A stretch of 61,248 nucleotides of DNA, the filler included, from a candidate division TA06 bacterium SM23_40 (lineage in GTDB: Bacteria; LJUI01; SM1-40): NCBI GenBank assembly GCA_001303705.1. It is 4 parts of 4 records of this genome, joined end to end, with 100 filler letters (N's around TTAATTAATTAA, not from the genome) between each part and the next. Parts side by side here need not be neighbours in the genome. Positions count along the whole stretch, not along the records: positions 38,732 to 54,314 come from LJUI01000055.1; positions 54,415 to 61,248 come from LJUI01000181.1; 2 more parts are not named here. The stretch is one strand, 5' to 3'. Both the position numbers and the translations under genes were made by a program. Positions 51,042-61,248 of the stretch are shown piece by piece. Position 1 is the stretch's first letter; each line of letters opens with the position of its first letter. A model generated the notes under the pieces. The model had not been told where the DNA came from. It saw only the letters and a list, made by a program, of their open reading frames with translations, and ran no database searches.

Positions 51042-51962
51042 GTGCATACACCTGTGTTGGCACGAGAGGTGATCCGCTTCCTTCGGTGCCGGCAGGGCGA
51101 CATCACGATCGACTGTACGGTTGATGGCGGAGGCCATGCTGAGGCAATCCTCAGGGCCTGCGGAGAGTCCGGGAGACTCATAGGGTTCGATTGGGATGAT
51201 GAGGCCATAGCAGCTGCTCGGGAGCGACTTGCTCCGTTCGGTGACCGCGTCGAACTCCACCACGACAGCTTTGTGCAGGGGCTGCAGGCACTCGCGCCGA
51301 ACTTCGCCAATCTCGTCGCTGGTATCCTGTTCGATATCGGGGTCTCTGCGGCCCAGATCGAGCGAGGGGAAAGAGGCATGAGTTACCGGCATGAGGGTCC
51401 TCTCGACATGAGGATGGATCGGAGGAGTACGAAGACAGCCCGCACGCTCATCGACAACAGCTCCTGGCAGGACTTGGCTCGCATTATTCGCCGCTACGGA
51501 GAGGAACCCCGAGCCCGGACGATTGCGCGTCGTATTGCTCTCGCCCATCAGCGTAGGCCTATCGAGTCGACTGCTGAGCTTGCCCGCATCATCGAACAAT
51601 CCGTTCCGCGGCCCTTTCGGAATAAGGCACTGGCCCGGACCTTCCAGGCGATTCGCATCGCGGTGAATGATGAACTCGAAGAGTTCGAGCAGGGGCTTCG
51701 TGCGGCGTTCCCTCTTCTTCGGATCGGCGGTCGGCTTGTCGTCATTTCCTACCATTCTCTTGAAGATCGCATCGCAAAAGAGACGTTCAGGCGCTGGGCA
51801 GTAGGGTGCACCTGCCCTCCTGGTCTACCCCAGTGCATCTGCGGAGGCCAGAGTCGGTTCAAGATTCTGACACCCAGGCCGGCGCGGCCGACATCGGGCG
51901 AGACTATGAGCAATCCCAGGGCGCGTAGCGCCAAGCTCCGCGCCGGGGAGAGGCTCGGCTAG
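51042..51962 (+). CDS. rsmH: 16S rRNA C1402 N4-methyltransferase
   Basis: HTPVL, DCTVDGGGHA, PLDMRMD, ISYHSLEDR, NPRARSAKLR. Confidence 0.97.
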   Translation: MHTPVLAREVIRFLRCRQGDITIDCTVDGGGHAEAILRACGESGRLIGFDWDDEAIAAARERLAPFGDRVELHHDSFVQGLQALAPNFANLVAGILFDIGVSAAQIERGERGMSYRHEGPLDMRMDRRSTKTARTLIDNSSWQDLARIIRRYGEEPRARTIARRIALAHQRRPIESTAELARIIEQSVPRPFRNKALARTFQAIRIAVNDELEEFEQGLRAAFPLLRIGGRLVVISYHSLEDRIAKETFRRWAVGCTCPPGLPQCICGGQSRFKILTPRPARPTSGETMSNPRARSAKLRAGERLG

Positions 51963-52040
51963 TATCGCGAGCCCGTCGATCGATCAACCCACCTACTCAC
52001 GGTAATCATTGGCCGAACCTATTGCGGAGGTAAACCGGAG

Positions 52041-52364
52041 ATGGGCAGCCCGAACAGGCTTGTGTGGTCGTTTCTGCTCGTTCTGTTCATGTTCACGTTG
52101 GTCATGCTCTATATCGGCGAACGATTCTCCGCTGTACGGCTCGTTGGCGAGATCCAGCGCCTGCATCAGATGCGGACTGATCTCGAGCGGCAGAACGCGC
52201 GTCTCCGCATCGAACAGGACGAGCTCTCTTCCCCGCGACGCATAGAGCAGGTGGCGAGCAACATGCTCGCAATGCGATATCCAGACGACGGCCAGATGGT
52301 CTATCTCTGGACGTCGGATCCCAGGGAGATGCGGGTGGCGCTGTTGCCGTCCACCGAAGAGTAG
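52041..52364 (+). CDS. ftsL: Cell division protein FtsL
   Basis: Single TM helix plus coiled coil ending LSSPRRIEQVA; lies between rsmH and ftsI. Confidence 0.85.
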   Translation: MGSPNRLVWSFLLVLFMFTLVMLYIGERFSAVRLVGEIQRLHQMRTDLERQNARLRIEQDELSSPRRIEQVASNMLAMRYPDDGQMVYLWTSDPREMRVALLPSTEE

Positions 52365-52379
52365 CAGGGAGAGGACCGG

Positions 52380-54314
52380 GTGCTCGGACAACCCCAGAGG
52401 CGTCGTGTAGTGGGCGTTGCGCTCGTCGGAGTGCTCTGCTGGTGCGGGGTCGGGTATCGTCTGTGGACGATCCAGGTCGCCCGCAGCGCCCAGTACAGGA
52501 AGGAAGCTCAGCGGCAGCATGAGCGTCGTATCGAGATCTCTGCAGATCGAGGTTCGATCCTCGACCGGCGGGGCGAGCCGCTGGCGGTCGTCTTGGAGAC
52601 TGAGTCGATCTACGCCATACCGTCACGGGTCGGAAATCCGAACGAGCTGGCGAACTACTTGTCGAGACTCGGTCTCGCGGACTACTCTGAAGTCCGGGCA
52701 TCTCTCGAGTCCGACGAGGAGATCGTCTGGCTGGCGCGGCGAGTGCCGCTCTGGGTAAGGGACGAACTCGAGAGTGAAGATCGGGACGGCGTGTACATGC
52801 GCCGCGAGCGACGGAGATGCTATTCCCGTGGTTCGCTCGCGGGAAACCTTATTGGATTCGTCGGGGTCGATGACACCGGCCTCGAGGGGATCGAGTACGA
52901 GTATGACAGTCTGCTCAGGGGCATGCCCGGCTTCGCTATCTTACAGAAAGACGCGAGCGGTCGTGTGTACCCGCTTCCCGAATACCCACAGGAGCTCTCC
53001 GAGTCGGGGTATGACCTTGTGCTCACGATCGACGCGATGTGTCAGCAGATCGCGGAAGAGGAGCTGGCTCATGGGGTGGCGAGTTCAGGAGCAGCAGGTG
53101 GCTCGGTCGTCGTACTCGATCCGACGACGGGAGAGATCCTGGTGATCGCCAATCAGCCCGGATATGACCCGAATCTGCGCGGTCAGGGCTCGCCTGATCA
53201 GTGGCGCAACAGAGCGGTGACCGACCTGTTCGAACCGGGTTCGACGTTCAAGCTCGTTGCCACAGCTGCTGCCCTTGAGGCCGGCCTACTCGCTCCCGAG
53301 GACAGCCTCGATATCGGAGACGGAGTGGTCGAGATCCAGAACCACACTATAACTGATGCGCACCCAACATCCGGATTCGTCTCGTTGACGGACATCGTAG
53401 GCCTCTCGAGTAATGTCGGTATCATTCATGTGGCGAGGGCCGTGGACAGGGAACGGCTCTATCTCATGGCGAGGGGCTTCGGCTTCGGGGCTAAACCGAA
53501 CGCGGGGCTCCCGGGCGAGGGACGGGGGATACTCAGCCGGCCCGATACGTGGGATGAGATCCACTTCGCCAATCTCGCGCTCGGCCAGGGCATCTCCGTC
53601 ACGGCACTTCAGATGGCATGTGCCTATTCCGCGATAGCCAATGATGGGATCCTCATGCGGCCATTCATCATCAAAGAGGTAGTTGGCCGCGATGGGGATC
53701 CGGCAGAGACGACCGCGCCGCAGGAGATCAGGCGAGTCGTCTCCCGCGAGACTGCACGCTCCCTGACTGAGATGCTCGTCGGCGTAGTAGAAGAGGGGAC
53801 CGGGACGCGGGCACGTATCCATGGCATTTCGATAGCGGGGAAGACAGGGACAGGACAACAGACCGGTCCCTCAGGGGGGTACAGCGAATACAGGGTTGTT
53901 GCTTCGTTCATCGGATTCTTCCCGGCCGAGGCGCCGCGTCTCGTGATAGGGGTGACGATCGACCAGCCTGTGAGAGATCGCTGGGGAGGCCAGAGCGCAG
54001 CGACAGTCTTCAGGAAGATCGCGGAACGGATTCTCCGGGTGCCAGCCTATCGGTTCGAGATACTCGCCCGCCGGCACGCGATCGAACCGCGACCGGAAGT
54101 ACCCACTGGGGCAACGCGATCGGTTCGGTCCTACCCGGAGCTGATCCCCGTCGAACGGGACACAGGATCGACGGTCATCCCTGATGTCATCGGCTCGACG
54201 GCACGGCGCGCGCGGCAGGCTCTGATTCAGGTTGGACTCGAGGTGCAGATGACTGGCAGCGGCATCGTCGTGAGGCAGGATCCGGCAGCCGGGTCTCGGG
54301 TGAGGTGCGGGCAG
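52380..54314 (+). CDS. ftsI: Class B penicillin-binding protein FtsI with a PASTA domain (truncated by contig edge)
   Basis: RGSILDRRG, GLEGIE, EPGSTFK, SSN, AGKTGTGQ. Confidence 0.93.
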
Positions 54315-54414
54315 NNNNNNNNNNNNNNNNNNNNNNNNNNNNNNNNNNNNNNNNNNNNTTAATTAATTAANNNNNNNNNNNNNNNNNNNNNNNNNNNNNN
54401 NNNNNNNNNNNNNN
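54315..54414. other. Artificial contig linker
   Basis: N-run with TTAATTAATTAA. Confidence 0.98.
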
Positions 54415-54486
54415 CCTCGCTCACATACCTCGCTCACATACCTCGCTCACATACCTCGCTCACATATCTCGCCCACATACCTCGCA
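54415..54486. repeat. 13-bp tandem repeat CCTCGCTCACATA (about 5.5 copies, open at the contig edge)
   Basis: Four exact copies from 54415, then degenerate copies. Confidence 0.9.
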
Positions 54487-54519
54487 CCCGGAATCGATTC
54501 CGGTGCTTCGCCACGGCGC

Positions 54520-55428
54520 CTAGGCTCGAGGATGGGCCTGCCGATATGCCTTCTTGATCCGGTCAGTCGTCACATGTGTATAGACCTGAGTTGTCGATAG
54601 CGACTCGTGTCCGAGCAGTTCCTTCACCGCTCTGATGTCCGCCCCCCGGTCGAGCAGGTGTGTGGCGAACGAATGCCGCAACGTATGAGGGCTCGCCTCG
54701 CTCAGCCCCACAGCCAGCGCGAGGTACTTCTTCACTATGCGCTGGATGCTCCGCGTAGTGAGGCGCCTGCCGAAGCGGTTGAGGAACAGAGCTCGCTCGT
54801 CACCGCCTCTGCTTCCGTCTGGCGGGAGAAGCTTGCACCTCAGTTCCATATATCGCCTGACGGCCCCCTCGGCAGCCCGCCCGATGGGCACGACGCGTTC
54901 CTTACCGCCCTTGCCCCACACCCTCACCAGGCCCGTCGACAGGTCGACGTCCTCTCTGTCGAGCGCGACGAGCTCCCCCGCCCTGATCCCTCCCCCGTAC
55001 AGCACCTCGAGGATCGCCCGGTCGCGCCTTCCTGTGGGGTCGCTGCCGCTCGCTGCCTCGAGTACCGTCGCCGCCGACTCCTCGCTCAGGAACGTCGGCA
55101 ACATCCGTCCCCGCCGGGGGCCGCGCAGCGCGGCCGCGGGACTCACCTCCACCGCTCCCTCCTCCACCAGATACCGAAAGAAGACCCGGATCGTCGACAG
55201 CTTCCGCTCTATCGAGCGTCTGCTCCTCCCCCGAGCGATCAGGTCGCTCAGGAAGCGCCTCACCACGCCACTGTCGACCTCTCGCGGCGTGATATCGTCG
55301 CGCCCCAGTAGCCCTCTGGCGAAGTCACGGAGCTGGTTCAGATCAGACCGATATGCGGCGACCGTCCGGGCGGAGAGATTCCGCTCTGCCCGAGCGGCGG
55401 CAACGAACCGTTCGATCATCCGTTCCAT
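54520..55428 (-). CDS. xerC: Tyrosine recombinase XerC
   Basis: RDRAILEVLYGGGIR, GKGGKERVVP, SPHTLRHSFATHLL, LLGHESLSTTQVYTH, AHPRA; topA-trmFO-xerC synteny. Confidence 0.9.
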   Translation of the reverse strand: MERMIERFVAAARAERNLSARTVAAYRSDLNQLRDFARGLLGRDDITPREVDSGVVRRFLSDLIARGRSRRSIERKLSTIRVFFRYLVEEGAVEVSPAAALRGPRRGRMLPTFLSEESAATVLEAASGSDPTGRRDRAILEVLYGGGIRAGELVALDREDVDLSTGLVRVWGKGGKERVVPIGRAAEGAVRRYMELRCKLLPPDGSRGGDERALFLNRFGRRLTTRSIQRIVKKYLALAVGLSEASPHTLRHSFATHLLDRGADIRAVKELLGHESLSTTQVYTHVTTDRIKKAYRQAHPRA

Positions 55429-55503
55429 CGATGTTCGTCTCATTGGCGGGACTGCACACCGGGGGTGGCTCTCGTCGAGGGACAACGAGGAGTCACCCTC
55501 CCT

Positions 55504-56913
55504 CTAGGTGGACCAACCCATCTGGAGACGCGGCGCGGCTCCTGACCCGGACGCGGGCCAGGTCTCACCGCTCTCCTCCTGACGGCCCATCCATTCCTCC
55601 AGCTCCCGGAGGGCCCGCTCGGCCTTCGCTTTCCGGCGTGCCTTGCCCCTCACATCCTCATCGGGGGAGGGAAGTATGCCGAAATTCGCGTTCATCGGCT
55701 GGTGCCGCCAGGGTGCATCGCGGGTTACATAATTGAGAAGAGCACCGACCATCGAGGTCAAAGGAAGAACGGCCGGAGGAAGCGCCCTCGCCAGGCGTGC
55801 CGCGTTGATGCCGGCGACGAGGCCGCTCGCCACGGACTCAACATACCCTTCGACCCCACATAGCTGCCCGGCGATATATGTTCGTGCGCGGGCCCGCAGC
55901 TCGAGTGTCTGTTTGAGACAGCGGGGACCGTCGATGTAGGTGTTGCGATGTACGCTCCCATAGCGCAGGAACTCCGCACGCTCCAACCCCGGTATCATTC
56001 GGAAGACGCGTCTCTGATCCTTCCTGACGAGCTTCGTCTGGAATCCGACGAGATTATACATCGTGCAGGCCCGGTTCTCCGGCCGCAATTGAACGACCGC
56101 GTACGGCCTGCGCCCCGTCTTCGGATCTGTCAGCCCCACTGGCTTCATCGGACCGAACCGGAGGGTGTCCTCTCCCCGGCGCGCCAACTCCTCTGCCGGC
56201 AGACATCCCTCGAAGTAGGGCACGTCGCGCGACGCCTCCTCCAGCGATTCGAACTCCCGCAGCGGGAACCGCTCGCCATCGAGGAGTGCAGTCCGGAAAG
56301 CCCTGTACTCGCTCTCCCCCATCGCCGCATTGAGGTAGGCAGGGTACCCGCCGTAGCGTGACGCAGCGAACAGGGCGGCCATGTCCAGACTGCCGGAGGA
56401 TACGATCGGCGAGATGGCGTCGTAAAAGTAGAGGTAGTGGTCGCCGATCACCTCTCCCAGGGCTCGCGCCAGCGTCGCGCTCGTGAGCGGACCGCTGGCC
56501 ACGACCGTGATCCCCTCCGGCAGCTCCTGCACCTCATCCCGGACCAGAGAGATCGACGGATGCGATTCGATCAGGTTCGAGATCCGCTGAGAGAACTCCT
56601 CGCGATCGACTGCCAGCGCCTTGCCAGCGGGAACTGAGGTCTGGTCAGCAACACGCATGACGAGAGAGCCAAGCCGCCGGAGCTCTTCCTTCAGCAGCCC
56701 GGGCGCGCTCCCCGGTTCGTCAGAACGGAGCGAATTGCTGCATACCAACTCGGCGAGCTTCGAGGTCCGGTGGGCCTCGGTCATCGTCCCCGGCCGCATC
56801 TCCCGGAGGATGACCTGGAGACCCCGTTCCGCTATCTGGTAGGCTGCCTCGCATCCCGCCAGGCCGCCTCCAACGACCGTAACGGCCGGCAGCCCCTCGT
56901 GGCGCTTACTCAT
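55504..56913 (-). CDS. trmFO: FAD/folate-dependent tRNA U54 methyltransferase
   Basis: GGGLAGCEAA, ELVCSNS, YFYDAISP, YFEGCLP, YNLVGFQT, HRNTY. Confidence 0.96.
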   Translation of the reverse strand: MSKRHEGLPAVTVVGGGLAGCEAAYQIAERGLQVILREMRPGTMTEAHRTSKLAELVCSNSLRSDEPGSAPGLLKEELRRLGSLVMRVADQTSVPAGKALAVDREEFSQRISNLIESHPSISLVRDEVQELPEGITVVASGPLTSATLARALGEVIGDHYLYFYDAISPIVSSGSLDMAALFAASRYGGYPAYLNAAMGESEYRAFRTALLDGERFPLREFESLEEASRDVPYFEGCLPAEELARRGEDTLRFGPMKPVGLTDPKTGRRPYAVVQLRPENRACTMYNLVGFQTKLVRKDQRRVFRMIPGLERAEFLRYGSVHRNTYIDGPRCLKQTLELRARARTYIAGQLCGVEGYVESVASGLVAGINAARLARALPPAVLPLTSMVGALLNYVTRDAPWRHQPMNANFGILPSPDEDVRGKARRKAKAERALRELEEWMGRQEESGETWPASGSGAAPRLQMGWST

Positions 56914-59024
56914 GTTCGGTCTCTGCCCCGCACCGCAGACACTTCTCGATCTCGCCCTTGACGCGACTGCGCTTCAGCACGAGAAAGGGCGCCCCGCATT
57001 TGGCGCAGCGTGTCGGGATGGGCTTGTCCCACGTGGCGAAATCGCACTTGGGATAGCGGCTACACCCGTAGAAGGTCCGTCCCTTCACGTGACGTTCCAC
57101 CAGCTCCCCCTTGCATCCCTCTCGCCCGCACGGGATGCCCAGTCCCAGCGGGCGCGTATGCCGGCAATCCGGATATCGGGAGCAGGCGAGAAAGCGTCCG
57201 TACCGGCCGCGCTTGATGATCATCGGCGCGCCGCATTCCTCGCAGACCTGATCTGTTGTCTCCTCCTGCTCATCGAGGGGCCGAGTCTGCTTGCATTCCG
57301 GGTATCCCGAGCACGCGATGAACTTCCCGTACCTGCCCCACTTGATGACCATCGGCTTTCCGCATGCAGGGCATGCCTCGTCAGTCTCTTCCTGTAGGCT
57401 GTTCTTCAACTCAGCACTGATCGACTCGGCCCTGTCGAGGGTGTGTCGAAACGGCTCGTAGAATTCCCGGATCACGGCGATCCATTCGATATCTCCGGAT
57501 TCGATTCGGTCGAGCTCCTCTTCCATCGTCGCCGTGAATCCGATGTCGAATATCTCCGGGAAGTTGGCGATAAGGAGGCCATTCACCGTCTCGCCCAGCT
57601 CAGTCGGTGCAAACCGCCCTTTCTCCTTCGTCACATAGCGCCTGGTCTGGATGATACTGACTATCGGTGCATAGGTGCTCGGCCGCCCGATGCCCTTCGA
57701 CTCCAGCTCCTTCACCAAGGTGCCCTCGGTGTACCGGGAAGGCGGCTCGGTGAAGTGTTGCTCGCACGTCACATCGACGAGCTCAACGCGTTGACCCTTG
57801 GTCAGCTTCGGCAGCCGACGCTGCTCTCCCTCGCGCGCCCGTCGCTCCTCACTGCCGCCGCGCAACACGAGGAAGCCCTGGAAGGAGATGACGGATCCCG
57901 TGGCCCGAAGGGAGAACCGTCCCGCTCTGATCTCGGCCCGCGCGGTATCATAGACCGCGTTCGCCATTTGGCTGGAGCAGAAGCGCTGCCAGATGAGTTC
58001 ATAGAGTCGGTACTGGTCGCGGTTCAGGTACTGCTTGATCGACTCGGGTGTCCTTTCGATGTGCGTCGGGCGAATCGCCTCGTGGGCCCCCTGTGCCGTC
58101 TTCTTGGTCGCGAACACACGTGCTCGCGGTGGAAGGTACTGTTGACCGAACTCTTTTTTGATGAACTGGCGCACCGCGCCCACCGCCTGGCTCGAGACGC
58201 GGGTGGCGTCGGTACGCATATAGGTTATGAGTCCAACGCTCCCTTCGCTTCCCAGCTCGACACCCTCGTACAGCTGTTGCGCCACTACCATCGTCTTCCT
58301 GGCGGTAAACCGAAGCCGGCGCGAGGCATCCTGTTGCAGTGTACTCGTTATGAACGGCGGGGGCGGCCGACGCTCTTTCTTCTTCTCTTCGAATTCGTCT
58401 AAGCTTCGCCTGAAATGTCTCGCCGCTATCATCGGAGAGCGTTGTCAGGATCGACCAGTACTCGGTCGTCTCGAATGATCTGATCTCCCCTTCCCGCTCG
58501 CATATCAACCTGAGAGCCACGGTCTGAACACGCCCCGCACTCAGGCCTGAGCGCACCGTTCTCCACAGGAACGGACTCACCTTATACCCGACGAGCCTGT
58601 CGAGGATCCTCCTCGCCTGCTGAGCATCGACCTTTCGTTGATCGATCTGCTGGGGATCGGCGAGCGCCGCCTCGACAGCGGCCTTCGTTATCTCATAGAA
58701 GAGAATCCGACGGACCTTATCGCCGTCCTGTAACTCGCGCGAGATGTGGAACGCGATCGCCTCCCCCTCCCGATCCGGGTCGCAGGCAACCCAGATGTGA
58801 GACGCGTCCTTGGCCGCCGTCTTGAGCTGCTTGAGTATCTTCCCCTTCCCGCGGACCGTGATGTACTGCGGCTGGAATCCGTTCTCGATATCGACACCGA
58901 GCTTCGACTTGGGGAGATCCTTGAGGTGCCCCATAGAGGCCAGCACCCGGTATCGAGAGCCCAGTATCCTCCCGATAGTCCGCGCCTTTGTGGGGGATTC
59001 GACGATCACCAGTTCTCGCGCCAT
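56906..59024 (-). pseudogene. topA: DNA topoisomerase I, frameshifted near 58400 (probably an assembly artefact)
   Basis: [23 protein letters not shown] in the first [29 protein letters not shown] and zinc fingers in the second. Confidence 0.9.
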
Positions 59025-59096
59025 CCCGCTGCTTCCTTCCTCTCACGGCTGACTATGTTGAACCACGCGGCCGATCCGGCGCCGCGTCTCGATTGC

Positions 59097-60065
59097 CTAA
59101 CCACCGCCAAGGAGCTCGAGCACCGCCTCCATGTCGGCGGGCAGGGGAACCTCACATCGAATGCGCTCTCCTCCCACGGGATGGATGAACGCCAATCTCA
59201 CCGCGTGGAGGAGCTGCCGCCCGGCGGCGCTGCGAACCGCCGTCGCCCTCTCCCACAGCGGCCGCTCTATCGGCAGAGAGGCCAGCCTGCCACGCCCTCC
59301 GTATGTCGCATCCCCGACGACCGGATGGCCCATGTGCGCGCAGTGGACGCGTATCTGATGAGTGCGCCCGCTCTCGAGTGATAGCTCCAATAAGGTCGCG
59401 ACATCGAACCGCACCACGACACGGAACCGCGTCGCCGCATGTCGCGCAGCAAGCGGGGTCACTGCCATCCGTGTCCGGTCGACGACGTGCCGACCGATGG
59501 GAGCCTCGATCCGACCTTCATCGACGCCGACCGATCCCCAGACAATGGCACGGTAATCACGTTTCATCTCCCGCGTGGAGAGCTGACGGCTCAACACCCG
59601 GTGCGCGCGGTCGGTCTTGGCGACGACGAGAAGTCCAGAGGTATCTTTATCGAGCCGGTGAACGATCCCCGGCCGCAACCCTCCCCTGTTCGCGAGTTCC
59701 GGCGAGTGGTAGAGGAGCGCATTGACAAGCGTCCCTGTCCGCACAGGCCCCGCCGGATGGACAATCATCCCTGCCGGTTTGTTCACAACCAGAAGGTAGC
59801 TGTCTTCGTACGGGATCTCGAGCGGCATCTGTTCCGCCTCGAGCACCGCTGCCTCGGGCGCGGGGAGATGGATCGATATCTCCTCCCGGGGCCTGACCCT
59901 ATAATGGGGCTTTACCCGGCCTCCGTCAACCAGTATCTCGCCTGCGTCGATGAGGTGACGAATCTGCGTGCGTGAGAGGGGAATGCCGATCGTAACGAGG
60001 TAACGATCGATCCGGGTAGGCCGTTGATGGGTCGGTACAGCGTGCGTCTTCAGCTTGTGCTTCAT
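59097..60065 (-). CDS. rluD: RluA/RluD-family pseudouridine synthase
   Basis: S4 domain, [32 protein letters not shown]. Confidence 0.9.
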   Translation of the reverse strand: MKHKLKTHAVPTHQRPTRIDRYLVTIGIPLSRTQIRHLIDAGEILVDGGRVKPHYRVRPREEISIHLPAPEAAVLEAEQMPLEIPYEDSYLLVVNKPAGMIVHPAGPVRTGTLVNALLYHSPELANRGGLRPGIVHRLDKDTSGLLVVAKTDRAHRVLSRQLSTREMKRDYRAIVWGSVGVDEGRIEAPIGRHVVDRTRMAVTPLAARHAATRFRVVVRFDVATLLELSLESGRTHQIRVHCAHMGHPVVGDATYGGRGRLASLPIERPLWERATAVRSAAGRQLLHAVRLAFIHPVGGERIRCEVPLPADMEAVLELLGGG

Positions 60066-60808
60066 CGATGCTGCCCGAGCGAGGCTATGCCGAGCGCCTC
60101 CTGCTGGGCCTTTATGAGGAGACGGATCGAGCGCTCTGCCTGTGTGACCATCGTACGGAGTTCTTCCACGGTGAAGGGACGGCCCTCCGCAGTGCCCTGG
60201 ATCTCGACCAGTCTCATCGATCCGGTCATGACGACGTTCATGTCGACTTCGGATTGGCTGTCTTCCTCGTAGTTCAGATCGACGATGATCGCAGAATCGA
60301 TGATGCCTACGCTCACAGCCGAGACGAAATCCTCGAGCGGTATGTGATCGAGCACCCCCCCGCGCCGCAATCCCTCGAATGCGTCATAGAGCGCCACGAA
60401 TCCGCCTGTGATGGAGGCTGTCCTCGTTCCGCCGTCAGCCTGGATGACGTCGCAGTCGATGGTGATCATGCGCTCTCCCAGGGCGGATAGGTCCGTCACC
60501 GCACGCAGCGAACGGCCGATAAGCCTCTGGATCTCATGTGTCCTTCCCGAGGCCCGCCCGCGCGCGTGCTCCCTGGGCACTCTCTCTCTCGTGCTGCGGG
60601 GGAGCATGCCGTACTCGGCGGTCACCCATCCCTGACCGGCACCCCGCAGCCACCCGGGAACCTGATCGATGACCGTGGCGGCGCATATCACCTTCGTCTC
60701 ACCCATCTCCATCAGGACCGAACTCTCTGCATGTTTCAGATAGTTCCTGCTGATGGTGACAGGACGGATCTCATCTGGTGCTCTTCCGTCTACTCGCTCC
60801 CAGTCCAC
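60062..60808 (-). CDS. rph: Ribonuclease PH
   Basis: [50 protein letters not shown]. Confidence 0.97.
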   Translation of the reverse strand: MDWERVDGRAPDEIRPVTISRNYLKHAESSVLMEMGETKVICAATVIDQVPGWLRGAGQGWVTAEYGMLPRSTRERVPREHARGRASGRTHEIQRLIGRSLRAVTDLSALGERMITIDCDVIQADGGTRTASITGGFVALYDAFEGLRRGGVLDHIPLEDFVSAVSVGIIDSAIIVDLNYEEDSQSEVDMNVVMTGSMRLVEIQGTAEGRPFTVEELRTMVTQAERSIRLLIKAQQEALGIASLGQHR

Positions 60809-60870
60809 AGGCTATTCCTCTTCGTAAGGCCCGTCGCAGTCCGGTCCGCCCGTCTCGGCTCCAGACCGCA

Positions 60871-61248
60871 CTAGTCGTCAATGCTCAATTTCATCAGATG
60901 ATCGATCGCCTCGCCGAGAAATCGCTGACCGATCTCGCCGAATCGGGGCGGAATGTCGCTCAGATAGAATCGGTGTGGTGCCCGCTCTCCCTCTTCTTTT
61001 CCGAGATTGAGAGAGTCCAGGGCCGATTGTACTGCGAGCGCCGTCTCCACGGCAGAATCGACGAGGATCACCTTGTGCCCGATTGTCTCGGAAATGACGG
61101 GTTTGAGCAGGGGATAGTGCGTGCACCCGAGGACGAGGGCTCCGATCTCAGCCTCTTTGAGGGGATCGAGGTATTCCTCGGCGATCAGTCTGGTCGCGGG
61201 GCGCAGAAGCCAATTCTCCTCGGCGAGCGGGACGAACAGGGGACAACT
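60871..61248 (-). CDS. murI: Glutamate racemase (5' part outside the window)
   Basis: CPLFVPLAEE...LVLGCTHYPLL...LVDSA...FYLSD. Confidence 0.93.
   Translation of the reverse strand, partial: SCPLFVPLAEENWLLRPATRLIAEEYLDPLKEAEIGALVLGCTHYPLLKPVISETIGHKVILVDSAVETALAVQSALDSLNLGKEEGERAPHRFYLSDIPPRFGEIGQRFLGEAIDHLMKLSIDD

Noticed and set aside
54520-55428. Tyrosine recombinase as the integrase of the tRNA-Leu junction
   Set aside because: It is on a different contig, and its sequence and topA-trmFO synteny mark it as housekeeping XerC.

Overview
GC-rich bacterial sequence made of four contigs joined by artificial 100-nt linkers (N-run + TTAATTAATTAA) at 21455-21554, 38632-38731 and 54315-54414, so adjacency across the linkers means nothing biologically. 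Contig 1 (1-21454, genes on minus strand) is a surface-glycan locus: Wzx flippase, six cytoplasmic alkaline-phosphatase-superfamily (AlkP/NPP) paralogues interleaved with the PAPS-synthesis genes sat and cysC, a priming sugar transferase, secreted proteins, a 16-bp tandem array and a promoter-plus-terminator-bounded small RNA candidate. Contig 2 (21555-38631, minus) is a large heterodisulfide-reductase-like cluster: HdrL-type HdrA with a GltD-like insert, MvhD, HdrD-like, HdrC, HdrB, an HdrA-MvhD fusion, a 48-aa zinc ribbon, ndk, a LarA homologue, mdh, then a second HdrA/HdrA/MvhD/HdrD-like set. Two HdrA genes carry an in-frame UGA followed by the same SECIS-like hairpin and are probable selenoproteins. 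Contig 3 (38732-54314) holds a partial IS3 element, an orphan 5' half of tRNA-Leu(CAA), ~105-bp repeats, two large secreted FG-GAP proteins, a GT4, a response regulator and the start of the dcw cluster. Contig 4 (54415-61248) is housekeeping: murI-rph-rluD-topA-trmFO-xerC. The best candidate for an undescribed system is a PAPS-fed glycan-sulfation pathway using AlkP-fold enzymes, in which CysC and four of the six paralogues share a tethered C-terminal acidic-helix '(L/W)GY' tail.
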